Positions 25,039 through 38,150 of a DNA stretch of 64,000 nucleotides are shown piece after piece. The translations under genes and the position numbers were made by a program. The notes under the pieces are model-generated. The model saw only the letters and a list, made by a program, of their open reading frames with translations, was not told the DNA's origin and searched no databases. Origin of the DNA: Malacoraja senta (Eukaryota); the NCBI GenBank assembly GCA_038087875.1, contig JAXLNO010000438.1, positions 1-64,000 of the forward strand, written 5' to 3'. How positions within the stretch are numbered: the first letter of the stretch is position 1; each line of letters starts with the position of its first letter.

Positions 25039-28000
25039 AATAGTAAGATTAAACGAGAACTTACCTAAGTTTGAAGTTTGATCTTTATTTTATGAGGAGT
25101 TACGTAGGTGATTACGTAGGTGATTACGTAGGTAATATCAACGGATACCATGGCTGTGTAGGCCAATCTGGTACTACCAATACCCTTGAAGCAGCATCTT
25201 GCCTGATTTTAAGCAAACATTGGCTTATGAGGCAGAAAAGTGGAAATATATATGAAAACATACCACCCCAATGTAGCGAGAAAGCATCAATCGCCACTGC
25301 TCCTGGATCTGGTTTCCATGAGACATATCTCGATAGCTGATGATTCAAGTCGATGTCGGTCATTCCAAATCTGATGACTATATCATTGAATACCTCTTGA
25401 TTCAACATCCATTCTTTATTATCATGGAACTTTTCGTGACTTGGTGTCTGCTATCGTTCATTCTACCTGGTAGATAGATAGCTGAAATCCAAATGTTCTT
25501 TTCAATACACCAAGCCCAAAGTTGATTAACCATTTTGTCACAAGACACCGACTTAATTCCATATCATTAATATAAACAACTACTGTTGTGTTATCAATTT
25601 GAACTTGAACATGCTTATTAGTTGTGTTAGAACAATAAGCTTGGAGCCCATAGAAACCTCCTAAAAGCTCCAAATAGTTAATTCCCCATGTCTGCAGTAA
25701 CAATGACTCTTCCTGATTCCATCTGCCTCCTCAGCTAGATGTTAAGTCAGTTGCACCCCATCCTGGTGCACTGGCATCAGTTTGTAATATCATGGAAGGT
25801 TGTTCAATCAGCACTTTGCTGGAACTGCTTGAGACATGTAGAATCCACCACTGCAGACCAGAAACAGCATTTGTTGTTAGTTGCAGGGTTCTATCAAAAT
25901 GACCAACATGCATTCTCGGTGCCTGTTCTTTAAGTCTCTGCAGCTGTTGATAATGTAATGGTCCAAATTGGACTGCTGGGAATGCTGCTACTAATTTTCC
26001 CAGTACACGAGCCACCTGTCTAATTGAAGGTTTTTGCTCGTTTAGGAGATTACTGCAATCTTTAATCAAATCCACCCTTTTCCCTGGGCAAAGTGATATT
26101 CATTTGGACTGAATCAATTGTGAACCCCAAATATTTAATAGAGGTACATGGTGTTAACCTAGATTTCTGTGGATGAATTAGAAACCCCAACTTTTCAAAA
26201 GTTGATTTCACAACTGCAACAGATACTTCTGTTGACTGTTTTGTCTTTCCTATAATCAAGACATCATCCAAATATGCCATTAGTACATGCCCCTGGCTAC
26301 TCAGCAAGCCCAGAATTGGTTTTAACAATTTTTGTGAATATTCTGAGTGCAGATATTAACCCATTAGGCAGAGCTTTGAACTGCCACAACTGGTTCATCC
26401 ATTTAAATTTAAGATACTTCCTATCTTGTGAATGAACAGACACTGAATAATATGCATCTTTCAAGTCTATAGTTGCCATATAACATGCTTCTGAAATAAG
26501 CTGTTTGGCAGTCACAACATTTTAAAAATGTCTAAATTGCACAAAAGGATTCAGATTTATCAAATCTACAAGAATCCTACATCCTCCATCCTTTTTTGAT
26601 CGAGGGGAATATTTTTGACACAAATTGGTGACTTTGGTAGACTGATTTTTCAATAACCCCTTTTTTATATAGGGTTTCAATTGCAACCTGAACCTCCATC
26701 ACTTCTTTTTGTACAAAGTGCAGAGTTCGGCTAGGAACATGCTGAACAGGCAAATCATAATTTGGATTGAATTCAATTCGAAATCCTTGTATATTATTCA
26801 GGATTACCACATCTGAAGTAATTTTCTTCCAATTATTATAGAAGAAATGTAACCTGCCTCCAACTTTTGGACTTAATCCAGTTAGTATGTTCCCATGAGA
26901 ACCAGGTCCACCTACCTCTTGAGTCATTTCAGTACCCTGAGATTCCTGGGTTCTCCCGGAAGCACGCCCACTGGTTCTTGCTCCCGCTGCAGGCCGCCAA
27001 CTACGTCCCTGCGTTGATGAGCGACTTGGTCCAGGATCCGTATGACGTCTGAAAGGATACTTCCTCTTTACAGACTTCACACCATTGATGTCTTCATCAA
27101 TCCTGTTTTCGCTTCATCTTCCAACTCTTTAATACGTCTCCCGAGATCTCTCCAAAGAGTAAGTTGGGTAATTTGTATATTACTTGGTTTGCAGAGTGCT
27201 GCGAATTTCGGATTCATAGTAGACCGTATAGCACTTCTCGAAGTGGGTGCTGCATAGCAACCCCAGTGCTTGCTGATGCAACTTCGTCATCTTTTGGTTG
27301 TTACCTGCTATTCTGGTAAAAGCAGTTATTCCAGAACCCAGCAGCTTTAATATTCTCTGCAACTGATTCCAGATACTCTTGCAGTCTCATCCATTTCATG
27401 CTGTTCCAGCTAATGGTAAACCAAGTAATTTATTAAGGAGGCCAGTTCTTCCTAATGGCTCTCCTGACCCTGACGGGGCAGCGAATCCTACTACCAGGGT
27501 TGGAACATCTGGCAGCTGCCTTTCATCGCCTTGTACAGCCTCACCGTCAGAGTCGGGGTCTGAAATCTCATGACCCGTAGCACGCTCCTCATTCCTGAGG
27601 GTGCATTCCATCAGCCCTGAGCCAGGTGCTGTTAAGCTGCTCCTGCAGCTTGGATTACAGTACACTCCTTCCTGAGTGAACTTTTGCTCCAACAACCTAT
27701 GAAAAAGGCTTCTATTTGGGCAATACGCTCGAAAGCAGTATCTAGCCCTGTACCAGGAGCTGTTTGAGCTGTTTCCAGCAGCTTGGCTTTCAGAACACTC
27801 CTCACTGAGTGAACGTTGCTCCAACAGCCTGTGTAAAAGGCTTTGTATTTGGGCAATACACTCTAAAGCAGTATCTAGCCCTGGAGCTTCTTCATTGCCT
27901 GGGACTCCCTCCGTTGGGATTTAAACTTTGTCTTTTGCCCGACAGGCGCTGACTGTGTTTTCACCAGCCCCAGGTCCACAGTCGCTATGCTCACCGCTGG

Positions 28001-28321
28001 CGACTGTACCGGGGTTTAGAGGCGGTTGGTCTCTAACCGCGGACTCCCGACTTTCCCGACTTCTGTTGGCTATGTCGCTCGCCTCTTCCCCCTGTCCGTT
28101 TTTTCCCATGGCGTCTGTGGAAAAAATCGCCATAGACCCACAGTAAACGGACCTGGAAAAACCTGTAAAAAAGTTTTTACTTACCTTGTAGTTGAAAAAC
28201 TACAAACCACTCGAGGAGCACTGCTCCTCACGTCCGTTTGCGTCAAGGCGTCTGACGTAATGACGCGCAGGCGCACTGACGGGCTTCTTCACGTAGTCAC
28301 TCACGTGACTCCGAAGTAAAA
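25039..28321 (-). mobile_element. DIRS1-like (tyrosine-recombinase class) retrotransposon, degenerate, recombinase ORF missing
   Basis: Minus-strand ORF fragments in DIRS order: gag-like region; VGGRLHFF..W..I..D pol start; RT (IDLKDAYYSV, YLDD); RNase H (QTDAS..GWGA, DNTT); methyltransferase-like tail (IDAFSLHW..YIFP..LVVPDWPTQPWYP). Imperfect inverted termini at 25096-25119 vs 28289-28312. Confidence 0.9.
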
Positions 28322-28780
28322 TTGGATGTTAGAGACGATAGTTCCCAATGATTATGCTGAACAATAAGGAATTAGCTGCAGGAAAGGGCACTAAATTTCA
28401 TCTCAAAGCAGCTAAAATAAAGGGAATAAATAGGGGGGGGGGGGGGAAGCATATATGGTAGGTAGATAGCTCTCATGATTATTCCATTATGAATAATAAT
28501 GTAATGAATTTATAATTAGGATGATTTAGCCATTTCCTTTGCAAGAATTAATTTATTGAGATGTTCACAAAAAGATTCCTGTGTTCATATGAAGGAAGGA
28601 ACTGCAGATGCTGGTTTACACCGAAGATGGGCACAAAATGTTGGAGTAACTCAGCGGGTTAAGCAGCATCTCTGGGGGAAAGTAATAGGTGCCCAAAATG
28701 TCACCTATTCCTTTTCTCCAGAGATGCTGCCTGATCCACTGAGTTACTCCAGTATTTTGTCTATACTCCTGCATTCATGA

Positions 28781-28799
28781 TGGCCAGCAGATGGCGCTA
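28781..28799 (+). promoter_or_regulatory. Candidate CTCF binding site
   Basis: TGGCCAGCAGATGGCGCTA fits the CTCF core consensus; TGCA upstream-motif-like sequence at ~28770. Confidence 0.6.
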
Positions 28800-29949
28800 T
28801 CCACGACAAAATAGAGCAGCACAGCCAAGCTGATCCATCTGCCGGAGCAAAGCTTCAGTTACAGGGGAGACCTGGCAAAGATTTTCTCAGTATTGAATTC
28901 CAGTTAGAATAACCCAGCAACAGAATGGCACTAGGAAAAGCGTCAGAACGCAGCAGGATTTTTAGCAAAAAGGTTGGACTGAAATAAGACTGCACTTTGG
29001 AAACATTCAGGTATTCAACATCTCCTGAATGCACACCTATAGAAAGATGAATTAGATAGCAGAAGCATTCACATCAGCACTGCTATCGTTGAAGCAATCT
29101 AAGGGATGCATGGACATTGTCGCTGTTGTGTTGGTTTTAAATGATGAATGGGAATTTAGGGATTACTTGACAATAAATGACCAAGACCCAATAAATAACC
29201 AAGGCCCAAGGACCATTCTGTGATCAAGTTGTTTGCTTTCTATTATCTTGGCATTCGTATGATATAAATTATGAGGAAATTGTTGACTAACCATAGCAAT
29301 AATCACTCACAAATAGTCTGTAACAGGTAAATTGGAGGTGAGAAAAATGCCAGGAGTAGAGTTTGCAGAAACTTAGGTCAACAATGACCTGCTCTTCTTA
29401 GCAGTGCTCCACAAAGTAGAGTTCTCAACCCCTTATTATGCTTCCTTTGCGCTCATGATGGTGCTGCCAAATTCTGCTCTAACTCCATTAATATGTTTAC
29501 AGATGACGCCACTGTAGTGGGTTGGATCTCAAACAATGATGAATAGAGCACAGGTAGGATATAGGGAGCTTAGTACATGGGGTTAAGAATAACAACCTTT
29601 CTCTCAATGTTAGCAAACAAAGGAGCTAGTCATTGACTTCCGTAAGCAGAGTGCAGGCCCTGCTCAGCATCAATTATGCTGAAATGGACGTAGTCGAGAG
29701 ACTCAAGTTAGGTGTAAATATCTTATATATCTTATTCCTGAATAACATGCAAAATAAAGCTTTTCACTATCTCGGTACACATGACAATAATGAACCAATA
29801 CCAACACTAAATACGCTAGGGCATTGGTACTGGAAAATGCCACATTCAACTCAAAACAAAACAAACATAGCCTTGGTAGCAGAATCATCTCCCCACTGCT
29901 TTTAGAAGCTGGTTTTGGAACGCATTAAATCCGGACACCTACGTCAGAC

Positions 29950-30719
29950 TTCTATTCATAGACTACAGCTCTGCTTTCAATACCATTATCCCATCCAAGC
30001 TCATGTTAAACTCGAGGAACTTGGACTCAGCACTCTCCTCTGCAACTGATTCCTCGACTTACAGATGAACAGACCACAATCAGTGAAGAGTGGTGACAAA
30101 TCATCCACTACCATAATAGACAATAGACAATAGACAATAGGTGCAGGAGTAGGCCATTTGGCCCTTCGAGCCAGCACCGCCTATCAATGTGATCATGGCT
30201 GATCATCTCCAATCAGTACCCCGTTCCTGCCTTCTCCTCATATCCCCTGACTCCACTATTTTTAAGAGCCCTATCTAGCTCTCTCTTGAAAGCATCCAGA
30301 GAACCTGCCTCCACCACCCTCTGAGGCAGAGAATTCCACAGACTCACCACTCTCTGTGAGAAAAAAATGTTTCCTCGTCTCCGTTCAAAATGGCTTATTC
30401 CTTATTCTTAAACTGTGGCCCCTGGTTCTGGACTCCCTCAACATCGGGAACACGTTTCCTGCCTCTAGTTGTGTCCAAGCCATTAACAATCTTATATGTT
30501 TCAATGAGATCCTCTCATCCTTCTAAACTCCAGAGTGTACAAGCCCAGCTGCTCCATTCTCTCAGCGTATGATCTTAACACTTGTGCCCTGTAAGGGTGC
30601 ATTCTCAGCCCCTCTTTTCTCCTTCACGACTGTGCAGCCAAATACAGATCCACCTCAATTAAAAATTCGCAGACGCCACCACCGTAGTGTGCCGGATATC
30701 AAATAATGACAAGACAGAG
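29950..30719 (+). mobile_element. Rex1/Babar RT remnant split by a CR1 insertion
   Basis: FIDYSSAFNTIIP near 29955 resumes after 30570 as degenerate LNT.AP.GCILSP and KFADATT. A further remnant lies at ~29350-29710. Confidence 0.75.
30116..30570 (-). mobile_element. CR1 3' fragment inserted into a Rex1/Babar remnant
   Basis: (ACAATAG)n tail at 30116-30140; reverse complement of the 3' end of the 31.4 kb CR1 family. Confidence 0.9.
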
Positions 30720-30919
30720 NNNNNNNNNNNNNNNNNNNNNNNNNNNNNNNNNNNNNNNNNNNNNNNNNNNNNNNNNNNNNNNNNNNNNNNNNNNNNNNNN
30801 NNNNNNNNNNNNNNNNNNNNNNNNNNNNNNNNNNNNNNNNNNNNNNNNNNNNNNNNNNNNNNNNNNNNNNNNNNNNNNNNNNNNNNNNNNNNNNNNNNNN
30901 NNNNNNNNNNNNNNNNNNN
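30720..30919. other. Assembly gap (200 N)
   Basis: Run of N. Confidence 1.
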
Positions 30920-31387
30920 AAAAATGACACCTAACTGAAAGGTTTTACAATATTATTTTCCAGTCACTAACCCTTCTTAAAATGCTTTTTATCTCCTTTT
31001 AACTCCCCGTCCAATTCTCATACCATTCTTTCAGACCTTGGTTCCTTCATTGCCAGTGTGAGGCCATACACAAACCTGAAGAAAAGCACCTCATGTGTAG
31101 CTTACACCCTAACAATATGAACATTGAATTCTAAAACTTCAAGTAAACTGCACTCCCTCTTTCTTCCCCAAGCTCCTCCGTCCCACCCTGGTGTATTCCC
31201 ATTTCTCCCATCTCCCACCTAATACCCTCCAGTAATCCTACTCTTTCCCCGTTCTTTGTACACTCATCTCCTATCCCTGTGTCCCTCATTTCCCTTTTCT
31301 CCCCTCTCTTTTCCCTCCCCCTAACCCCCTTCCACCCACATCCCTCCCTCCGGCTTTACATTTCACCTCCTCTCCTCCTGAACGAAA

Positions 31388-33007
31388 TCCACATTAGGCA
31401 GGAAATGGTGTTGGGTAGACTGATGGGACTGAAGGCTGATAAATCCCCATGACCTGATGGTCTGCATCCCAGGGTACTTAAGGAAGTGGCTCTAGAAATC
31501 GTAGATGCATTGGTGATAATTTTCCAATGTTCTATAGACTCAGGATCAGTTCCTGTGGATTGGAGGGTAGCTAATGTTATCCCACTTTTTTTTAAAAGCC
31601 GGGTGAGAGAAAACAGGGAATTATAGACCAGTTAGCCTAGGTGGGGAAGATGCTGGAGTCAATTATAAAAGATGAAATAGACACACATTTGGATAGCAGT
31701 AATAGGATCAGTCCTAGTCAGCATGGATTTACGAAGGGAAAACATGCTTGACTAATCTTCTGGAATTTTTTGAGGATGTAACTAGGAAAATGGACAAGGG
31801 AGAGCCAATGGATGTAGTGTACCTGGACTTTCAGAAAGCATTTGATAAGGTCCCACATAGGAGATTAGTGGGCAAAATTAGGGCACATGGTATTGGGGGT
31901 AGAGTGCTGACATGGATAGAATATTGGTTGGCAGACAGGAAACAAAGAGTAGGGATTAACGGGTCCCTTTCAGAATGGCAGGCAGTGACTAGTGGGGTAC
32001 CGCAAGGCTCGGTGCTGGGACCGCAGCTATTTACAATATACATCAATGATTTGGATGATGGGATTCAAAGTAACATTATCAAATTTGCAGATGACACAAA
32101 GCTGGGTGGCAGTGTGAACTGTGAGGAGGATGCTGTGAGAATGCAGGGTGACTTGGACAGGTTGGGGAGTGGGCAGATGCATGGCAGATGAAGCTTAATG
32201 TGGATAAATGTGATGTTATCCACTTTGGTAGCAAAAACAGGAAGGCAGATTACTATCTAAATGGCGTCAAGTTGGGAAAAGGGGAAGTACAACGGGATCT
32301 GGTGGTCCTTGTTCATCAGTCTATGAAAGTAAGCATGCAGGTACAGCAGGCAGTGAAGAAAGTGAATGGCATGTTGGCCTTTATAACAAGAGGAGTCGAG
32401 TATAAGGAGCAAAGAGGTCCTTCTGCAGTTGTACAGGACCCTAGTGAGACCACACGGAGTATTGTGTGCAGTTTTGGTCCCCTAATTTGAGGAAGGACAT
32501 TCTTGCTGTTGAGGGAGTGCAGCGTAGGTTTACAAGGTTAATTCCCGGGATGGCGGGACTGTCATATGCTGAGAGATTGGAGCGGCTGGGCTTGTACACT
32601 CTGGAGTTTAGAAGGATGAGAGGGGATCTTATTGAAACATATAAGATTGTTAAGGGTTTGGACACACTAGAGGCAGGAAACATGTTCCCGATGTTGGGGG
32701 AGTCCAAAACCAGGGGCCACAGTTTAAGAATAAGGGGTAAGCCATTTAGAACGGAGACGAGGGAACACTTTCTCACAGAGAGTTGTGAGTCTGTGGAATT
32801 CTCTGCCTCAGAGGGCGGTGGAGGCCGGTTCTCTGGATACTTTCAAGAGAGAGCTAGATAGGGCTCTTAAAAATAGCGGAGTCAGGGGATATGGGGAGAA
32901 GGCAGGAATGGGGTACTGATTGGGGATGATCAGCCATGATCGCATTGAATGGCGGTGCTGGCTCGAAAGGCCGAATGGCCTACTCCTGCACCTATTGTCT
33001 ATTGTCT
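31388..33007 (+). mobile_element. CR1-clade LINE, 5'-truncated, (CTATTGT)n tail
   Basis: RT motifs in ORFs 31748-32861 (DFQKAFDKVPH, PQGSVLGP, FADD) with frameshifts; 3' UTR ends CACCTATTGTCTATTGT. Confidence 0.95.
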
Positions 33008-35698
33008 CCTCTTGTCTTACATCTTTTTGTCTTTTTACCTCTAGCCTTTATCACTTACTCAACCCATCTGCCAATCAACCACCCCCCCGCCCCCGCCCTT
33101 CACCTGTACCCACCTATCACTTACCCACCTCTCCTTTCCAGTTTTCTCCTCCCTACTCCAATCAGTCTAAAGAAGTGTCCCAACCCAAAACTTCTCCTGT
33201 GCATTCCCTCCCCAGTTGCTGCCTGAGTTCCTCCAGCACTTTGTGTTTTGTTCAAGAATCCAGTAGCTGCAGTTCATTGTATCGACAATATTTGTTTCTT
33301 AGGTTCTTCTCAGCATGTTGTCATTTGTATAGGGCTTCATATATAGTGTATTCAAGTGTACTCTAATTTTTTTAATTAATTTTCAATATATGGGTGCCAT
33401 TGGCAAGGTGGGCATTTGTGCCATTCTTTATTGCCCTTGAGAAGTTTGTAGTGAGCCACCACTTTGAACTACTCTAATTCTTCTGGTGAAGTACCCGCAG
33501 CCCTGTTGTGTAGGGAGTTCCAGGATTTCGAGCCCACAATGATAAAGTACTGATATCTTTCCTAATAAGGTGCAGCTTGGAAGGGAACCTGCAGACAATG
33601 ATGATCATATATCCCAACTGCCCTTGTCCTTTTTTGTTGTAGAGGTCACACTTTTATAAGCACTCTGATGGAATTATCACTGCTACAAACTCCATTGTTC
33701 ACTTTCTCTGTATAATTATTTTATATTATTTTCTTCACAGCTCACCATCTTCCACTTGTGAGTTCTACATGAGAGGACATTCATACAAATATGCTTGATG
33801 GCATTTGGAACTATTGGCTGGATAGTCATCTCTACATGAGTTAAATTCTGAACATCCTTTCCTACTGCTGTCTGGTAAAGCATCCAACATGAGCAAATCA
33901 TTTATACTAACTATGTCTTCACTGTAGCCCAAACCAGTCAAGCTTCAGCACACTAACTGCTCAACATTAAGTTTGGTGTATTAAACATGTGGTGTTAGTT
34001 CAGCCATTCCGCTGTATTATTTTAAACTAGCCTAAATTAATTTCTAAACTATTGATTTCTTACAGAAGTGTGATTTCATTGACAGCCAACAGATGTGGTC
34101 TAAAATCCATGAAGCCTTTCTTTGTACATGACCCTGGACATTGTATGTTGCTATGCTATTTGACTCTATGGGCTGTTCAAATTAAGCCAGAACCCCATCC
34201 AACATCCAATATCCACACATGTACTTCCAAATGAAGTTAAATGAAGTTACCAGAATTGTGAACAGAGCTGCAGGCCAAAAAACGATTCCCTCTCTTCTGA
34301 ACGCAATTATGATTGCCCATCAGCCCTTTGTGGAGTTCTGCCAACTCAGCACATGGTAAGGCATGCAGCCAGCATTTAACGGGGAAAAACAGGAAGCATT
34401 GGTAATACTCAGCTGTTCAGACACATCCTTGAAGAGAGAAACAAAGTTAATGTTTTGGATCAATGATCTTTCATCAGAAATATGAAATGTAGAGATAAAG
34501 TAAATCTTAAGAGGCAGAGAACTGTGAGGGGTGGAAAGAGCTCTAAGAAATAGGAGGAGGGCTGGAGAGATCAAAGGACAGGATGGCAATTGAGGAAAGA
34601 GGTGGTGGTGAATCACAGGTCAGTCTGGTAAAAATTGTAAATAGGTAAAGATAAATAATTATTTGAGATTACCAGAAAAGCACGATAATCGTGAATACTG
34701 AAAGTGTGATAAAGGCCGGAATTGCTGACTATCTGAAATTATTGAACGCAGCACTGAGAACAGAGGGCTTTAAATTTCAAGTTTAAAGACAGAGGTGTTC
34801 CTTTAGCTAATGTCAAGTTTCAGAGAACAGTGTCGGTAACCAAAGACAAGCAAATCAGCGTGAGAGCTTGATGGAGAACTAAAGTGCCCAAACAGCAGAA
34901 ACCTGCTTCTGTTATCTGAGTAATATAGATGGAATAAACTACAGGAAACATGTCTCAACAACAAAGGTGTCTAAAGGTAGAGGACATAGGTTTAGTATAA
35001 GGGGTAAGATATTTCAAGAAATAACTTTGAAATACTAGGCATCTTTTTCTTTATTAAATGAAATCAAGTTGACTCCTGGCTTTCATTACGTTTATGTTTC
35101 TCCGTTAACAGAGAACAGTTGATGCTTCTTTCAACACTCAGCAAATAGCAGAAACCTCATAATTGTCGGAAATTAGCAGCATCTCTGGTGTGTATGTGAA
35201 TCATATTTTCTACTTGCATTCTTCCCTTGTGTGATCATGCCACTACTCAAATTTACGTAGTGCAATATTGCAAAGAGGAACATAACAAAAGCATTGTCTT
35301 TGGCATATGGAAGGTTATTGTTAAAATGCCAAGAAAAAATCACAAGATGCTAGAAAGGCAGTGCTTGTAAAGATGGAAACTGGAATAATGTTTGAGGTTA
35401 ATAAACTTTCAGAACCTGAAAATGTTGGAAAACAAACATATTTGGAGGATGGGTGCAGGAGGATGGGTACAGAAATAAATTTAAGGTATCTAAAAGGTGG
35501 AAGCTCTTAGAACGTGAAAGAACAAGTTATGTTGATTTCAGCTGAAAAGGTACTGAAAGCTTGTTGATTGAGCTGGTCTGTCTATATGAGATGTAAATGG
35601 AAGGAAATTGCATTGTAACTACTGTATGAGATACATTGCAAAATACAGCAGTTGCTGGAAAACTGAAATAAAAGAGAATGCCAAACTTGCCCGACGTA

Positions 35699-36003
35699 TC
35701 ACAGCTTAAGGATAAGGGGGAAATCCTTTAAAACCGAGATGAGAAGAACTTTTTTCACACAGAGAGTGGTGAATCTCTGGAACTCTCTGCCACAGAGGGT
35801 AGTCGAGGCCAGTTCATTGGCTATATTTAAGAGGGAGTTAGATGTGGCCCTTGTGGCTAAAGGGATCAGAGGGTATGGAGAGAAGGCAGGTACGGGATAC
35901 TGAGTTGGATGATCAGCCATGATCATATTGAATGGCGGTGCAGGCTCGAAGGGCCGAATGGCCTACTCCTGCACCTAATTTCTATGTTTCTATGTTTCTA
36001 TGT
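35699..36003 (+). mobile_element. Young CR1 3' fragment, (TTTCTATG)n tail
   Basis: Differs from 44174-44476 at only a few positions. Confidence 0.92.
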
Positions 36004-36211
36004 ATTTGGCAGTATCTGTGGAGAGAGAAAAACTGAATTAACATAACATGTTTTCAAAATGTTATAAGAATTGACACAAACTGGAAAGCTGGGTACCTGA
36101 ATGTCAATGTTGGGACCCAGGGGCTATGGCAGATGTGCAGGCAGGCAACTAGAAACTTTGGATCATCGTGGTGGAACGCATGGAAGTATTCTGAAATTGG
36201 TTATCCAATCC

Positions 36212-36987
36212 ACCGGGTGGCGCCGTCAGCGATGGCAGCCTCGCCAACAATTTGTCTTTGTCTTTTCGTGTTTTTTAAATTTCTAGTGTGTTTTAAAAGT
36301 TTGTGTTAATGTTCTCTGGTATGTTTTTTGTGGGGGGGTGGGCGGGAGGGGCGGGTGAAACTTTTTCTCAATCTCTTACCTTGCCGGAGATTCGATTGTT
36401 TTACGGATCGTATCTCTGGTCGCTCTGCGGCCTAACATCATGGAGCTGGCAGCCTTGCTCGGGATTGACTTTGAGCACCATCGCAGGGATGTGGACTTAC
36501 CATCAGCGCCGATCCCTTGCCTGGGATCGATGCTCCAACCGCGGCTACGGATTTCACCATCGAGGAGCTCGCAGTCTCGGGTAGAGACCGATGTCAGGGG
36601 CTCCAAACGATGCAGAAGATTTCGACTAGCCCTGACCCGGGATCAGATCGCCCGGCGCGGGGGAGCTGAGATTCCCCCCCGATGCAGGAGCTTGATTGCC
36701 CCGACGCGGAGGTCCCAACCGCCGGCTACAGGAGCCAAGATCGTCCCGCCAACGGAAGGCTCGAGTCTCCCGACCGCGGGAGAACAAAGAAGGGAAGAGA
36801 TTTAACTTTTTTTCGCCTTCCATCACAGTGAGGAATGTGGAGGGGTCACTGTGGTGGATGTTCATGTCAAAATGTTTTTTGTGTGTTTTGTTGCTTTTTA
36901 TTGGTATGACTGTATAGCAAATCAAATTCCTCGTACGTTGCAAAACATACTTGGCTAATAAAGTATGATTATGATTATGATTATGAT
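36212..36987 (+). mobile_element. Related non-coding retroposon subfamily, (ATGATT)n tail
   Basis: Same layout and shared 3' block GCCTTCCATCACAG..GGATGTT..GTATGACTG..CAAATT..AATAAA; a 5'-truncated sibling lies at 4321-4524. Confidence 0.75.
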
Positions 36988-37009
36988 CCTTATCATAAAA
37001 TTCAAGGCA

Positions 37010-37433
37010 AGCTGGTGCAGCTGGTTGAGCTGTTGCCTCACAGTCCCAGAGACTCAATTTTGATCCTGACCTCGGGTGTTATCTACATGGAGTTTGCACA
37101 ATCTACCTGTGACCGCGTGGGTTTCTTCTGCGTGTTTCGATTTGCTTTTTGGAAACAGGTCCTATGGTCCACAGAGTCTGCGCCGACCAGCATTCACCCC
37201 ATACTCTAGCACTATCCTGCAGACTAAGGGCAATTTACAATTTTACCAAAATCAATTAACCTACAAACTGTACGTCTTTGGAGTGTGGGAGGAAACCGAA
37301 GCACCCGGATAAAACGCATGTGTTCACAGGGAGATTGTGCAAACTCCATTCAGACAACATCCGAGGTCAGGATCAAACTTGAGTCTCTGATGCTGTAAAG
37401 CAGCAACTCTACTGCTGCGCCACTGTGCCACCC
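37010..37433. mobile_element. Two V-SINEs in opposite orientation
   Basis: Plus-strand head/core at ~37010-37140, then a minus-strand copy at ~37150-37433. Confidence 0.8.
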
Positions 37434-37439
37434 CACATA

Positions 37440-38150
37440 TACAGAGTAGACGGGGAGTGTTGAGGCCAGGTACATGTGTGATTGGTACACAGAGGAGGTG
37501 TGAAGGATCGAACCATGTAAGGGAGGGGGAGGGCTTCAGTTGGGAGACAGAGGCAAGTGAATGACGATGGAAGCAGGCAATACAAAGTGACAGAATGAGC
37601 CAGTTGAGGGGAGGGGAGGGTGAAGGTGAAAACAGCTGCTGGAGGGCAATATGCAGAAACACAAAGGCTATGAGTGATGGCACCTGATAGGTAAGGAAGG
37701 GGATAATGGGAACCATTATGAGAGAGGTGAAGGGCAAATGAAACCAGAACCAGATAGGGGTGCAGGGAGACTAATGGGTTAAATAAATGGTTAGCAGGTG
37801 GATAGAATCAGGAAGTATTGGACCTTAACCAAGCAGTGGAGAAAGCTGAGGATGAATAGATTGATATGGAAATGGGAAGGGGAATTGAAATGGCAAGTCT
37901 TGCAGTTACAAGGATGTGCCAGGGGAGGGATAAGCTGACCAGATAGCCAAGGAGGGAGTGATCCCTGCAGAAGATGAAAAGAGGTGGGAGCAGATGATCT
38001 GGCAAGTGCTGGGATCTTGTTTGAACTAGTGGAAATTACAAAGGATGGTGTGCTGATTATGGATCCTGGTGGGGGTGAAAGGTGAAGACTAGGGCAATTC
38101 TTCTACTGTTCTGTTTGGTGGGAGGTGGGGTGAGAGCAGATGTTTCTCGA
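37440..38150 (-). mobile_element. Penelope-like element remnant
   Basis: FCRDHSL..YLV.LSLP linker segment, a degenerate GIY-YIG end and a pyrimidine-rich 3' region on the minus strand. Confidence 0.55.

Noticed and set aside
25100..25135. Short tandem repeats as a CRISPR-like array
   Set aside because: No spacers, eukaryotic context, and explained as a deletion-junction duplication.
30655..30938. ORFs full of X
   Set aside because: They span the N gap.
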